Source: Tubulanus polymorphus (lineage: Eukaryota > Animalia > Nemertea). From it: a DNA stretch of 64,000 nucleotides. Within the stretch, counting starts at the first letter, position 1. Each line of letters begins with the position of its first letter. The translations under genes were made by a program, and so were the position numbers. Below the pieces are notes generated by a model. The model made no database searches. It worked only from the letters and a program-made list of their open reading frames with translations, and had not been told where the DNA came from. The stretch lies in the NCBI RefSeq assembly GCF_964204645.1, contig NC_134028.1, forward strand, positions 23,122,345 through 23,186,344, written 5' to 3'. Positions 12,719 to 40,954 of the stretch are shown piece by piece.

Positions 12719-13461
12719 TAGCCTATTCATTTATTGCATTTGAGGCCTTGCTGGATTTATTGTTGCATTCTTCCCATTTTATGTTGTACTTATAGACCTA
12801 ACTACCAATCTTCCTGGATCGTGAGACTGTACCTTTAGGTTATGTGAACACAATCTGATCTCAACAAAATCTTTGGACTCTTCTTGATCCTTGGAAATCA
12901 AGATACAAATCGCTGAAAACATGCTGTTTTGCCCATGAAATACTAGCCTAGAAGATCTTAAAAACAGTTATAGCTTTTTTTTCAATTTTATATTTCTATT
13001 TGCTCAGCCACTCTTTAGGTATAATCATGTTAGATAAAGTAGAGAGTCCAGATGAATAGTGCAGGGAATAGTTTGATATCTGTGAAATATTAATATATTT
13101 TAATGTATTTCTTGTAGCTAGGCTCGGCTGATTAGAATGATATAGATTTTGTTGTTGAAAATTTTATCTATGAATAAAAATTGTTATAGTTTTGTGAGGA
13201 AAAGTGTGTTTGAATTTTTTTTCCTTCTGCAGGTTGATGAAAACTATGTATGATGAGGATGAAATATTGATATCTGTTGTATCTGAATGGATTCAGACCT
13301 GCTTTCATTCGAGAACATGTAACGTGTTGTTGACGTATGTGTATTTTGACTTATTCTCGCAAGTCATTCTAAATCCTGTTTTTGTGTCAATAAAGTCATA
13401 TTACATTGAATTGTATCGTCACAGATTCTGAGGTATACGAAATATCTGTAACCACTGTGAA

Positions 13462-13484
13462 CCCACGTGGTTTTACTTCCGGGT
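13462..13484 (+). promoter_or_regulatory. DDX27 promoter core: Myc-type E-box plus ETS-like motif
   Basis: CCACGTGG followed by ACTTCCGG about 300 bp upstream of the ATG; probable 5'UTR intron ending at ttttttttcag 13761. Confidence 0.55.
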
Positions 13485-13774
13485 TTCAAAAAAAACTAAA
13501 ATATCGCAAATGATAGTAGTTCCAACAATTATTGCAGTTAGAATTAAAGAAATAACGCGCCAGGTAATTGAATTAAGTTTACTTATTAACTCATTATATT
13601 GTTTTACGATGGATAGGTAAACTGCGAGAACAAATTCATGCACACGATTTTTCAAAATTAAGATTTTTAAAATTTAAGTTGTGTTATTCAAAAGTTATTG
13701 ATACGTTAAACTTATTTCGACGTGAAAGTTTTTCATTTTATCAAAATGAATTTTTTTTCAGACTCGGATTCGAG

Positions 13775-16060
13775 ATGAGTCCGCATAAACGCGGATCCGA
13801 AACGATGATGGATCCGACGACTGGCTTCATCAAAACCATCGACGAAGACGACGAAATCGCCGTCGCTTCGGAGAGCGAGGAATCGGACGTCGACGAAGTG
13901 ATTCCCAAGAAAAAAGCGAAAAAGAGTCGGTCGAAATTACAAAACAGCCACGAGGATTTCGATACAGGATTCTCGTTCGCCGACGACCATAAAGACTTTC
14001 TGTTCTCCGGTTACGACGAAGTCATCGGGAAAGCGAAGGGAAGAATGTCATTATCGACGCTCGACGAGAAGATCGAGAACACGAGACGCCAGCGCCGGAA
14101 AGCGAATACAACCGAGGAGGAAGGCGAGGAGGAACTGGTCCGAAAGGTCGCGGAATCGGACAGCGATAGCGCAGAGAGTTTATCCGGGGACGATCTCATC
14201 GCCGATCGCGTACGCGTCAAAGAGAAGAGGAAAGGCAAGAAACGTAAAGCGACCGACGGAAAAAACGACGATGAAAACGAGGAAGACGAAGATGAAACGA
14301 AAAAGGTTCAATACGCGGACAGCGTGTCGACGTACGACGAGAACGTCTCGTTTCAGGATATGAATTTGTCGCGTTCGTTGATGAAATCGTTGCAGAATAT
14401 GAAATTCGAACGTCCGACTCCGATTCAGTGCGCTACGATTCCGCTGGCGCTGCGCGGTAAGGATATCTGCGCGTGCGCACGAACCGGTTCCGGTAAAACG
14501 GCCGCGTACATGTTACCGGTCATCGAACGACTTTTGTACCGACCGAAAAAGTCTCTAGTAACGCGAGTTCTTGTGCTCGTGCCGACTCGCGAGTTGGCCG
14601 TTCAGGTTTATCAAGTTTCGAAGCAGCTCGCGCAGCATTCGAATATCGAGGTTTGTCTTTCGGCGGGCGGTTTAGATTTGAAGAGTCAGGAGGCGGCGTT
14701 GAGGCTCGGTCCAGATATCGTAATCGCGACGCCCGGTCGGCTGATCGACCACGTCCACAACTCGCCAAACTTCGACCTGCACAACGTCGAAGTGCTCATT
14801 CTCGACGAGGCCGATCGAATGTTGGACGAATTCTTCGCCGTTCAAATGAAGGAGATCATCCGTCTGTGTTCGCAAACGCGGCAGACGATGCTGTTCTCGG
14901 CGACGATGACCGAAGCCGTCAAAGATCTGGCGGCCGTTTCGCTGAAAGATCCCGTGCGCATTTTCATCAACGAGAACACGGACGTCGCGCAGAACCTGCG
15001 CCAGGAATTCATACGCATACGCCCGAATCGCGAGGGCGACCGCGAGGCGATACTGGCGGCGTTGGTCGCGCGAACGTTCCGCGATCACTGCATCGTTTTC
15101 ATCCAGACGAAAAAACAAGCGCATCGTCTGCACATCATCCTCGGTTTGCTCGGCATCAACGTCGGCGAGCTGCACGGAAATCTGTCGCAGGCGCAACGTC
15201 TCGACGCGTTGAAGAATTTCACCGTCGGTAAAATCGACGTGCTGCTCGCAACGGATTTGGCGGCGCGCGGTCTCGATATCGACGGCATCAAAACCGTGAT
15301 CAACTTCACGATGCCGAACACGTTCAAGCATTACATCCACCGCGTTGGGCGTACGGCCCGCGCCGGTAAATCCGGCCGGTCGATAACGCTCGTCGGCGAG
15401 CTCGAGCGTAAAATGCTGAAGGAGATCGTGAAAAAGGCGACGCAGGCCGTGAAAAGTCGCATCGTACCGGCGGAGGTGATCGTTAAATTCAAAGACCGCA
15501 TCGGAAACATGGAGAAAGACATCGGCGCGATCATGAGACAGGAGAACGAAGAGAAAGAGCTGAGAGCGACCGAAAATAAAGTGAATCGAATGAAGAATCG
15601 AATCGAGAATCCCGACGAGAATCAAATGAAGCGTATGTGGTTTCAGAGTAAACAGGAGCGTATGGAAGAGCAGGCGGCATTGCGTCTCGGCGAGCTGTCG
15701 GCCGGATACGATCATAAGAAACTCGGCAAAAAGGCGCGCAAGATGTTGGAGAAGAAGAAACTGACGCCGGAAGATCGCGTTCAGTTCGAGATCACGAAGT
15801 CGCAGTCGTATCAGATCCGAGAGGCGAAACGCATGCGTAAACAATCGAGAATCCACGCGATCGTCGACGGCGCCGGCGAGACGCAGCGCGGCAAACAAAA
15901 CGGTAAAAAGAAAAAGAAATCGCGGTCGAATTTCGACGACGATTTGACGAACGTAAACGAGAAGGCGGTTCGTAAACTTCGCGCCGGTCCGTCGTATAAA
16001 GAACGTAAAGAATTAGGACTCCCGAACAAGGGTCGTAGAAGAAAACCCAATCGCAAATGA
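13775..16060 (+). CDS. DDX27: DEAD-box RNA helicase DDX27/DRS1 (60S biogenesis), intronless coding sequence
   Basis: Q motif ([13 protein letters not shown]), [50 protein letters not shown], and DRS1-type [21 protein letters not shown] and WFQSKQER; acidic/basic N-terminus. Confidence 0.96.
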   Translation: MSPHKRGSETMMDPTTGFIKTIDEDDEIAVASESEESDVDEVIPKKKAKKSRSKLQNSHEDFDTGFSFADDHKDFLFSGYDEVIGKAKGRMSLSTLDEKIENTRRQRRKANTTEEEGEEELVRKVAESDSDSAESLSGDDLIADRVRVKEKRKGKKRKATDGKNDDENEEDEDETKKVQYADSVSTYDENVSFQDMNLSRSLMKSLQNMKFERPTPIQCATIPLALRGKDICACARTGSGKTAAYMLPVIERLLYRPKKSLVTRVLVLVPTRELAVQVYQVSKQLAQHSNIEVCLSAGGLDLKSQEAALRLGPDIVIATPGRLIDHVHNSPNFDLHNVEVLILDEADRMLDEFFAVQMKEIIRLCSQTRQTMLFSATMTEAVKDLAAVSLKDPVRIFINENTDVAQNLRQEFIRIRPNREGDREAILAALVARTFRDHCIVFIQTKKQAHRLHIILGLLGINVGELHGNLSQAQRLDALKNFTVGKIDVLLATDLAARGLDIDGIKTVINFTMPNTFKHYIHRVGRTARAGKSGRSITLVGELERKMLKEIVKKATQAVKSRIVPAEVIVKFKDRIGNMEKDIGAIMRQENEEKELRATENKVNRMKNRIENPDENQMKRMWFQSKQERMEEQAALRLGELSAGYDHKKLGKKARKMLEKKKLTPEDRVQFEITKSQSYQIREAKRMRKQSRIHAIVDGAGETQRGKQNGKKKKKSRSNFDDDLTNVNEKAVRKLRAGPSYKERKELGLPNKGRRRKPNRK

Positions 16061-17788
16061 TTATTTTCTGGCGATTATGCGGTAGTTTGAGATTTGTCCT
16101 GTGGTGATTTAAACTCTTTGAAGGTGCCGATGTACAATCGTTACTACTATGGGTAGTATCAATTTAACCTTGGTTTTAACTCAATTGACTTAACTCCCCG
16201 AGTTTACTGTGGTCTATTACTACACCGGACCTAGGTCTTTTTAAAATCATTCACTTGTGAAAATTAGTTGAGAATAATGCGAACTTATGAAAGGTGTAAA
16301 TGATGAATGGTTCAAAATGCGTTTGATTACCATCAAATAAATGAATAATACTTGATTCGATGTTAGTTACATTTCTAGTGGCTATTTAGAGTTCTCTTCC
16401 AAGGAGGAAGGATGGCGTTCTTCATTTTGACGTGGATCTCAAGACCGCAGATGGATAGGAATCTTGTCAAACCAGTTGAGCATTCAGTGGAACCTCGTTA
16501 TAACATGGTTTGTAGCAGGTATCCTACGGTGGATCTGTACTCCAAGTAATTGAAAAAAATCCTAACTGTTATGATGAAAACGTTGTCTGGTCCTCTGAAG
16601 TTTGTCTAACGTCGTTCCACTGGAGAGTAATTGACAAGGACTAGGATACCGGGTTAGCTCAGTGACGGATTAAATAAATCTAAGCCATCATCAAACAACC
16701 ATCTCGCTCATAAGATCAAGATTTCGATGAAAACGAACAAAAAATGAATCGAAAATTCACACTTTTATTTTTCCTAAAATGCTTCGTACAGAATTTGTGA
16801 AAGTCATTTTTGTCAATTAAATATAACTTGCATATATTATTAAGGTACAGTACATAAAATATTCTCATATCGTGTGTAAAATTATGATCCATAAAATTTA
16901 TTGAAATCATTTTAACGATTTTCATTAATAATAATAGTAATATTCATTAATCACGGCGCGTAATACTAGACTTGTCATCTAGCTGGTAATACGATTAAAT
17001 GATTGGAGGAAAATACGCTGCACAAAACAAATTCGTTAAAATTAAAAAACACCAAAATGTTAAAAAAACAACAGTGGGTTAACAATAAAATGCAAAACGT
17101 GAAACAAATATTCACTATATTTACACTATACACACATCAGTTTAAAACCCATTGCACGTTTAACTTCTATAGTATGTTAGACGTGTTGAGAATGAATAGT
17201 TTCACACGTTTTTTTTTAAATATACTCGAAAGGGAAAATCTTTACAGTTGCTTCAGATCAATTAATTCTCGTGGCGGTGCGTGAATTCCGGGGGCAGTCG
17301 GAGCGGGGATGGCGTCGTTATCGCGAGGAATTGGAGCAGGAAAACTTGAAGTTATGTATTGTCTGGAAAACTAGATCGTCCAAGGCGATCTACTCCGGAG
17401 TAAACGGTGTCCACCGCATTACGAAACAATTTACGACAAATGAGCTCGCATCTTCAATATTTGTGCATTTAGACAGTTTCTAGTAGTATGAATCACGTCA
17501 GTCTTTCCATTAGAGAATGGACGGCGTACACCACCCACAAATAACTATAGTATCACAGTCCGAAGATCCGGTAGTGGCTGGAATCGAAATGATGTCCATT
17601 TTGTATCTCGGAGTTGCTCGGGTAAAACTGAACAGAACGGAAACGATTATAGCCGAAATAGCAACAAAAACACATTCACAAAACTGTTCTCTAAATCGTG
17701 ATGAACTCGAATCAGATTCTAATCCGATGACAGTAGAATGTCACCGGCGCGTGAAATGCTTTCTCGTTCGCGTTTCCTTTTCGCACCG

Positions 17789-32648
<14,860 letters not shown>

Positions 32649-33599
32649 TTAATCCTTTTTTTTGTATTATCCTAATCTTTCATTCATTTCGTCCTTCCTT
32701 CGAAAACATGTTTTAACCTACAGAAAAAGACAAAAGATTGATTCAAGACATATGACATGCCCGTTTGCCAGCAGAGTGGTCTTAGTGCATGGCCATGCGA
32801 CTGTGATCTGAGGTTTATCATTTTGTATTGGTTTATGGCTTATTATTACTGATTGAGTAACATTAAGGTTTTGCTATCAAAAAACTACTTGTAGTGGTGG
32901 AGTAAAAAGGAGATTGTAAAAAGTATAAGTGAACGTAATTAACGCAGACTGTTTAACTAGGCTAATAAATAAGTCAAAAGTGTACATTTACAAACTTTAC
33001 TTAGGCTACTTGAAATATAATATAGTAAAAGAAAATACCTTCGTCAAAAATTGAAGATTATTCCTAGTTATATTCGTCAGATTCACATTCTAAATTCCTT
33101 TTTTTATTCGCGAAAGAAAGTCATTTGTTTTATAAAAAGAAGTAGAAAAGTTTCATCGAAGTTTCTCTTGACAACACAAACGCTCATCGAGCTTTGAGGA
33201 CTGGCAACGAACGTCTACGTCCCTGAATTCGGTTACACAAGCACTAAACTTACAGTCAGAGATATCGGAATCGGGTCCGGACGAAAAGCAGAAAAGCCGG
33301 ATCTGGATGTCCAGCAGTGCAAGGACTGGGGTTCGAGGAAACGCCGTTACGGCCCCGCCACGATTTGGTTTTCATCATCGTCATCGTCATCGTCATCGTC
33401 ACCGCCACCGCCACCGCCACCACCACCACTACCACCACCACCACAGATTTACCATAGAATAATTGATATTAGTTCAGATAGTTGTTAAGTTAGTTTCAAA
33501 GATTAGATTAAATAATAAGATTAACAAAAATTAATGCTGGTAAATTTTAATAATAAACAATTGATTATTATAATTTGTGACATATAATTTGAATTGACA

Positions 33600-34480
33600 A
33601 AAATTTATTTTACGAGGTAAGATATTTCTGGTCTTCCCAGAATTTATCGAGTCTACTTTTAAAGCAGTTTATTGATGGAGCAGTGACTATGTTTTCAGTC
33701 AGGCAGTTCCATCTATTTACAACTCGGTTTGAGAAAAAGTTGCTGTAAAGCTCCTTCTTGCACCTTTGTTTTAAAAGTTTCTGACTGTGACCTCTCAATT
33801 GACGTGTCCGTCTATCTGCCTCAAGTGTGTTTCCATCAATATTATAGTTTTCGTGCATGATGTTGAAAACCATTATCGTGTCTCCCCTGGCCCTCCGGGA
33901 ATACAGGGTAGGTAAATTCAGCTTCTTTAGTCTATCCTTGTATTTTAGGTCTCGATATTTTTGGACCGTCTTGGTAGCGCGTCGCTGGACTCTTTCAAGA
34001 GCATCAATATGTTTTCTAAGGTACGGATTCCAAATTGTTGCAGCATATTCAAGTATTGGGCGGACAAGACCCTTGTAAAGTAGGCAAAAAGTCTTGGCAT
34101 CTAAGTTGTTGAATGTTCTTTTGATGATCGCAAGCATGGTGTTTGACTTTTTAATTGAGGTGTGTATATGGTCCTCAAAAGCTTATTATCAGTCAGCACC
34201 CCAAGATCTTTTTCAACTTGTTTTACGAAGAGCTGGAATCTTTGACCGCCTTTGTCAGGCATCCAGAATTTAGAAGGAAATTGCTCGTTTCCCAGATGGA
34301 GGACTATACACTTTTTGGGATGAAACTCCATCTGCCACGTTTTTGACCATTCATCAAGAAGGAATGAGTCATTTTGTAATAATTTAACATCTTCTTTTGA
34401 CTCAATTTTACGGTAAATCTTTGTGTCATCGGCGTGCATCTTGATATTGCTGTTTACAACCGGGGGGATCATTAATGAAT
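33600..34480 (-). mobile_element. 5'-truncated, frameshifted CR1-clade LINE (RT C-terminal half)
   Basis: HADDTKIY (YADD altered), MEFHPKKC, EKDLGV, VRPILEYA, LERVQRRATK, RGHSQKL, FFSNRVVNRWNCL spread over two frames. Confidence 0.9.
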
Positions 34481-34692
34481 ATTACTATCCGTTTTGACTC
34501 GGCGTCCTGTGTAAAATGCATAGAACTATAACGGAATAGTTCTATGATAAATGATACAAACTTGAACTCGAACCACCCGATTTCCCGTTAATTTTTCAAA
34601 GCCATCCGTTTTTTTCACTCCTTGAATCTTTTAACCGAAAACGAATCAGAGATGAAAAGTCACGACAAGCCGGTGGCCCTAGCCACTGCCTA

Positions 34693-34756
34693 AGACTGGT
34701 TGCCGGTCTCTACCTTCCCGCGAATAGGTCGCGCAGAATTGGAAGGCAACCAGTCT
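34693..34756. repeat. 64-bp hairpin / mini-MITE
   Basis: agactggttgcc ... ggcaaccagtct, a 12-bp perfect inverted repeat. Confidence 0.55.
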
Positions 34757-35414
34757 AGTGGCGCGCTAAGCAATACTGAAAAGATGGCGTGCTTTACTAA
34801 AATGTACAGCAAAAACCTCGCCCATACAAACATTGCCACCCTCCTTTCCGACCCCTGAAATCAGTATTTTGATATTTGGTAAGTGTTTGTAACATTGGTT
34901 TAAATGGCGCAAAATATTCCATCTCAGATATTGTGTGGGTAATCATTTTATTTCAGGCACGTCCTACGTAATCGGTGCACATGGTGGCGCTCAGTCAAGC
35001 AGATGAAGCATATCGTCATTCATCCTGATATTTCTAGACCACGATGTTTTCTACTCGGAGTGTTGTAATGAATTTTATTCTAAAATGATTACATCGACTG
35101 ATTACATCAAACAGTGAAAACCGTGGTTAGTTTATTTCATGTTCTCTTCATCGGTTTCAGAAACGGATAGTATTTGTTGTTCATTCGTTACAACATTCTT
35201 ATTTTATATTTCATGTTCGATTGTGGATGCAAAAAAGTGTGGATAGAAAAACCCAGTGATTGAAATTAACTGCAGATTGGAGCGAACAATTTAATTTGTA
35301 AATTTGAATTTTAAATTAGATATTTCTGCAGTTATTTCTAATAAGGAAAGAAAACGATCTTATTAGATTTGTCTATTATAGGCATCACTTCAACATGATT
35401 AATGGGAATTTTGA

Positions 35415-35710
35415 TCCTGCGCAGGAAAACGAGGAATCACTCTTGGATTCTGCACAGGACATCAAGGAATCAGTGTTTCACAATCAGACTCTTTTGGTTT
35501 CGCACCGGACATCAGGAATCGATCGTGGATTCAGTACAGGACTACAAGAAGAAATCAGTGTTTCACAATCAGACTTTTTTGGATTCAGCACAGGACATCA
35601 GGAATCACTCTTGGATTCTGCACCGGACAACAAGGAATCAATGATTCAGTCAGACCTTTTTGGATTCAGCGCATTGACATCAGGAATCACTATATGTGGA
35701 AATTCAACAA
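35415..35710. repeat. Degenerate ~30-40-bp tandem repeat
   Basis: Recurrent ggattc(t/a)gcac(a/c)ggacatcaggaatca. Confidence 0.7.
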
Positions 35711-35917
35711 GATAAGTAACATTTATCTATATTTATCGGTTGTTGAATTGATTTTAAGGGACCAGTTTCTCAGTATTTGTTATAAACCATGTTTTGAAAT
35801 GAAATCACAGAAACCTGTTGCATTTATTCAATCATTTCAAATTTCTTAATATGGGTGAATATTTGGCTAGGATGAGTTTATGGTTGGGATTTTTAGTTCA
35901 GTAAGCAGGTTAACAGA

Positions 35918-36637
35918 TTTTTAGCTCCGCTGTGACCGAAGGAGCTGATGGGTTAGGGTGATTATCCGTCGCCGTCTGTCCGTCCATCCGTCTGTCAACT
36001 TTTGCTTCTATTTGCTACTAGTGCTACAGTTCTTTTCTAATCTTGACCAAACTTGGTATGAAGCTAATATGGTCAAAGGGCTAAAAATCTACAGAGCCGT
36101 TTCCCCTTTTTGATCTCTAGGGGGCGCTGTACGGGTGGCGTTTGGAAAATCTTTAAATCGCCACTTGTCCTACAATTATTGTCCGATGTTGACGAAACTT
36201 GGTATGTAGATACTGAGATCAATCCGAGAGCTGAAAAGTTATAGAGTGGTTTTCCAAATTTAATCTCTAGGGTGCACTGTACGAGTGGCGCTTGTAAAAT
36301 CTTTAAATCGCTACTTGTCCTACAATTATTATCCAATCTTGACGAAATTTGGTTTGTCAATATTTTTGGCCATTGGCTAAATGTTGCTGAGCCATTTTCC
36401 AATCTGATTTCTAGTGGGCGCTGTACAGACCATGCGCTTGTAAAATCTTTCAATTGCTACTTGTCCTACAATCATTATCTGATATTGATAAAGCTTGGTA
36501 TGTAGATACTATGGGCCAAGGGCTAAAAAGTTATAGAGCCGTTTTCTGGATTTGAACTCTTGAGAGTGCTGTGTAGGTGGTCCTTGTAAAATCTTATCGT
36601 AAAACAGTGGAGCTGTATCAGCCGATAAGCTGCTTGT
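35918..36637 (+). mobile_element. Non-autonomous Helentron-associated element (HINE/DINE-1-like)
   Basis: ttttt-AGCTCCGCTG subterminal IR, (gtcc/gtct) microsatellite, about four ~148-bp internal repeats containing aaacttggtatg, CAGTGGAGCT IR, 3' hairpin cagccgataagctg, ending cttgt. Confidence 0.8.
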
Positions 36638-36964
36638 CTAAATTGTGATCAACTCAAATGTTATTTCTAATCAATATGAAACTGGTTCCTGATGTCAATA
36701 ATACAACTGTTTTCAATCATGTTCCTTCGTGATAATCAGATCATGTGTATCTTTAGTTATAATTTCTGTAGATTAAACTGCTGTAGTTATTTCATACTGA
36801 TTGAATAGTTATAGATACATGTAACAAACATTGTGTACAGATACAGAGTACAGATCACTGAATACTCCATCCTGTGATTGAACATTGACTTATGTTCTCT
36901 CATCTTCATTAGATTCCCATGCGTCTAACTAAAACATCAGAACATTTCAACTCATCTAACCGCG

Positions 36965-37450
36965 GGTTCGGGGAGGGTGGGTAGGGCTGGGGGGAGGGAA
37001 GGGGTAGAGGGAGGGCGGGAGGGAAGGGGTAGAGGGAGGGCGGGAGGGATGGGGTAGAGGAAGGGCGGGAGGGATGGGGTAGAGGGAGGGCTGGAGGGAT
37101 GGGGTAGAGGGAGGGCGGGAGGGATGGGGTAGAGGAAGGGCGGGAGGGATGGGGTAGAGGGAGGGCTGGAGGGATGGGGTAGAGGGAGGGCGGGAGGGAT
37201 GGGGTAGAGGGAGGGCTGGAGGGATGGGGTAGAGGGAGGGCGGGAGGGATGGGGTAGAGGGAGGGTGGGAGGGATGGGGTAGAGGGAGGGCGGGAGGGAT
37301 GGGTTCTGGGCTTGAGGGTGGAATGTAGGGGTGGTAGGGGTATGGTGGGCTGGAGAGAATGGGTGGTGGTAGGACTTTGGAGGGAGGGTATGGGTTTAGA
37401 TGTAGGGTTTAGATTTAGTGTAGGGTGTTGGGTCAGTAGGGGAAGGGGTT
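36965..37450 (+). repeat. G-rich minisatellite (24-25-nt unit), G-quadruplex potential
   Basis: gggagggatggggtagagggagggc repeated more than 10 times. Confidence 0.9.
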
Positions 37451-39469
37451 TCAGGATATTTCAGAAAATGTGTCCCATCTTTTTATTATTCTAAGTAAGA
37501 ATTAATCATTATGAAACACGTTATGTGGCCACGCGTGATGGGAACATGTCATTTTTCAAGCTGTATATACCACCGGCCAATTGGACGAGTTCAATTTTGA
37601 TGGTTGTTATTTCTATGAGACCCGGTGAGGGCAAACATAATTTCACTGTCACTTCCAGATTTTTGAATTGGGACGTTTCAATTTTTAGGGCCATCATTTA
37701 AGATGTCGAATGATCACAAACTGCTCCTTGGCTCTGATCAAAATACGGCTTAATGAACATTTCAATTACCTTTACAATATCATATGTATAATTACTGTTA
37801 ATATTTAGCGGTTTACTGCTTCTTTTTGAATACATTTCTAGCAGAAAGAAGTATTCTATTTTCTTCTGTGCTATTTTAGAAAACGCTGTAAATACTGGTT
37901 CTAGTTAAACAACTGTAGGTCTATAGGACGACTTGTCGAGTCGAGATGCAGTCACATTCATTGCTGCTTCCTCTTTTTCTGCAGATTCTTAGACGGAGAC
38001 TCACTCTTCATTTTTTGAAGAAGAGTATGGCACTCATTAGAAAAGTGATATGTTTTGTGATCACTTTTATGGATTTTCAGATACACTTTCATTTGCCTTC
38101 AGCAGTATGTGGCACAGTATATCACCATTTATAGATAGATATCCTTAATAATTAGTTACCCTTTTCAAAAAGATAGGACACATTTTCTGAAACTTTACAA
38201 TTTATTAGGTGGGACATAGATTGACACGGAGAGACTATTGTTCTATTATTATATTCAGGGTATTCTATCGATGACAGTATATTTCTACCTGTGACTTCTT
38301 TTTAGAAAGAGGGGCTGCGAACTAATTATACTTATATCACGAAATATTTTACTGAACTTGAAAGTCGTAAAAAGTTTAAAACAGATGATATTCAACCAGA
38401 TATAGCTGTAGTTTTCACAGTTAGGCTACCGCGACCTTCCTACTGTGACCTTCCTACTACATTGAGACTTTGATAAAGCGTATTATGCTTTGTAGTAGTT
38501 ACATATCTAAGATTATTTAACTGTGTTTGCAGTTTTTGTGAATCCTTTAGGACAAATCTCAGTGATTTTCTTGTAGGAAACGCATTCACTTGATTTCATG
38601 AACAACATTTCAAATTAACAGGATACCAGCTCATATCAGATGGCGCAACAATACACTCAATTATACGTAGTGAAAGTTAGTTCATTTTCAATGAACTTTG
38701 AACTGGATTTTTCTACTCCCAAATGGAAATTTTGTCGAACAAGTCATCGCATATATGAGACTTGTGTTCCCAATGGTATAATTTTCCTGAAAAAAGATTT
38801 GCCGATGAGAAAAGTTGATTAGAATTTTAATTGAAATGTGGAAGTAAATGAAGCGCGGTATCCAAGTAACATAACCCCTCGCGAACGTGATGGATCCTCG
38901 CCTGCTATAAGTGGAATCCTCGATTGCCACAGTAGCGCTGCTGGTACACCATTGTGTATGTTGTAATCAATTGTAAATACTTCGTTTTCTTCCATATACT
39001 AATGCAGAAAACCCGTTATCGCTGCTTTGTCGCAATATTTATCATTCCTGTCTACTAGAATAGAAATGCTGAATACAGACTATTGTCACAACAAGAGGGG
39101 ATATCTCTAGTGTATTTTGCCATTTTTCACGATCATATCAGTTTATGTAAGTCATAAACATCCTCCGCTGTTATTTAAGATTTTTTCTGTGCTCGATCAA
39201 TTTGTCAGTTTATAATAGCTTTTAGACTTCGATCAATGTATTATTTTACATGTAGACTCGAATTAATGAATTATCCCATTCAGTGCGTACGTAATTCTTG
39301 ATTTTATACAAGTGATTGATGATTAGTCCAATTCCCCTATTCAAAATATGCAACACTCAATTTCTCATGTTACGTACGTTTGCTCTGGTACAGCAGTGAC
39401 AATTTCGTGGCTACAAAAACTGCTCCGCGTATGAAAATTCATCTCTAGTGCCACCTTTAGTTACTGAAC

Positions 39470-39750
39470 TATGGCCATGAACCAAACTTTGACTCTTTGG
39501 TTACCAAAACAGCACCATGGACCAAACTTTGACTCTTTGGTCCCCAAAACAAGGCCATGAACCAAACTTTGACTCTTTGATCACGAAAACAGGACTATGG
39601 GCCTCACTTTGACTCTTTGGTCACCGAAAACAAACCATGGACCAAACTGTGACTCTTCGGTCATCAATAGAGAACCATAGACCACACTTTGACTTTTTGG
39701 TCATCAAAAAAGGGTCCCAAACTTTAAATCTTGTCTTTGGTCACCAAATG
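39470..39750. repeat. ~40-bp tandem repeat, about 6-7 copies
   Basis: ccatg(a/g)accaaactttgactctttggt.acc.aaaaca. Confidence 0.85.
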
Positions 39751-40053
39751 AATGAAAAGTTGTACAAGTTATTTCTGTTGCCTTCACAGCTCTGCATTTG
39801 AGAATGAAATGATTTATGTGGAACTAATGACGTAGTTAGTGAAAGATTCATCTGTATCAGTGTTGCTGCTGGTGTTGGTGCAAGTTACACAACTTTTTGC
39901 TGTCTGTCTCTAAAAGATTAAACTTGATCCGAGTCGGAACTGATGAGAGTTCTAGTCAGACGACAAATAAGGAAAAGAAAGCCATATGAAAAGAAAAAAT
40001 ATAAAGCGAATGCGTGAGCTTCGAACCACAAAATAAAACAGCATCAAATGCTG

Positions 40054-40243
40054 ATAAAGAGTGGAGTCCGAGAGCAATTCGAAGGTTTAGTGTCCTGCAC
40101 GCTTAGAGGGCGGGCAGGGGTCTATTCCTACCTCGACTCAAAAAAAGGATAGAATATAAAGAGTGGGGTCTGAGAGCAATTCGAAGGTTTAGTGTCCTGC
40201 ACGCTTAGAGGGCGGGCAGGGGTCTATACCTACCTCGACTCAA
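40054..40243. repeat. Direct duplication of about 88 bp
   Basis: ataaagagtgg.gtc.gagagcaattcgaaggtttagtgtcctgcacgcttagagggcgggcaggggtctat.cctacctcgactcaaa present twice (40054 and 40156). Confidence 0.9.
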
Positions 40244-40954
40244 ACGCTTAAAGTAAGCGAGAAAAAAGCGTAAAAACGAAAATGGCAAATGAAGGAAAAT
40301 GGCTTGAGTTTGATTGGTTCCACTGGGTTCAAGTGCAAACTGGAAGAGACAATCAAACAAATTATTAATGATGTGTATATTTTGTAAACATCAGCAGTTC
40401 ATAATCAATTGATAAATCTTATGAATAAGAAAACATAAAACAACCTGCTTATATAAAACCTCTATAGTAGAGAGTATAGAAATATCTGATCTAACTATCA
40501 ACTGTCATTGTTTCACATCGGTTTCATAATTAGAGTGATGATGTTGAATTTGTGAAGCAACATAAATAGCATTAATTGTTTTGATCTCAGCCATCATTCT
40601 GGTCCTTGGTTTGTGTTTGCCCTTCCCACAACGTTTTGTGAGTGGAGGTTTGGTTCGGGCTTATTTTCTTGGTTCGGGTGAACCCTCCATATACCTCCCC
40701 CTCCCTTACTACATTATTAATTAGGTTCCTCGGTCATTTGATGAAGTGAAATCTGTTTATACTAGGCATATGATCATTTGAATGCCTCCAAAATTGTGGA
40801 AAAGTATCTGTGAGTCCCGTCAATGATGCAATTGATTAAGGATTTCGATATATATATATGAAATTGATATGATCGTGAAAAATGGCAAATCGTTTTGTAG
40901 TTATGGTACAGATGAGTGGTGTCTGAGGAGGAGACAAGAGAGTTGAGGAAGCAT

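Noticed and set aside
14672-15898. 408-aa antisense ORF and other overlapping ORFs within DDX27
   Set aside because: Expected shadow ORFs of a GC-rich, codon-biased CDS; no recognisable domain.
16645-16675. tRNA-like 5' segment (gggttagctcagtg)
   Set aside because: No T-arm or acceptor stem; at most a SINE remnant.
39470-39750. Regularly spaced repeats resembling a CRISPR array
   Set aside because: Contiguous ~40-bp tandem units with no unique spacers, eukaryotic context, no cas genes.
39935-39970. CTGATGAG as a possible hammerhead core
   Set aside because: No helix II followed by GAAA and no closing helix I.
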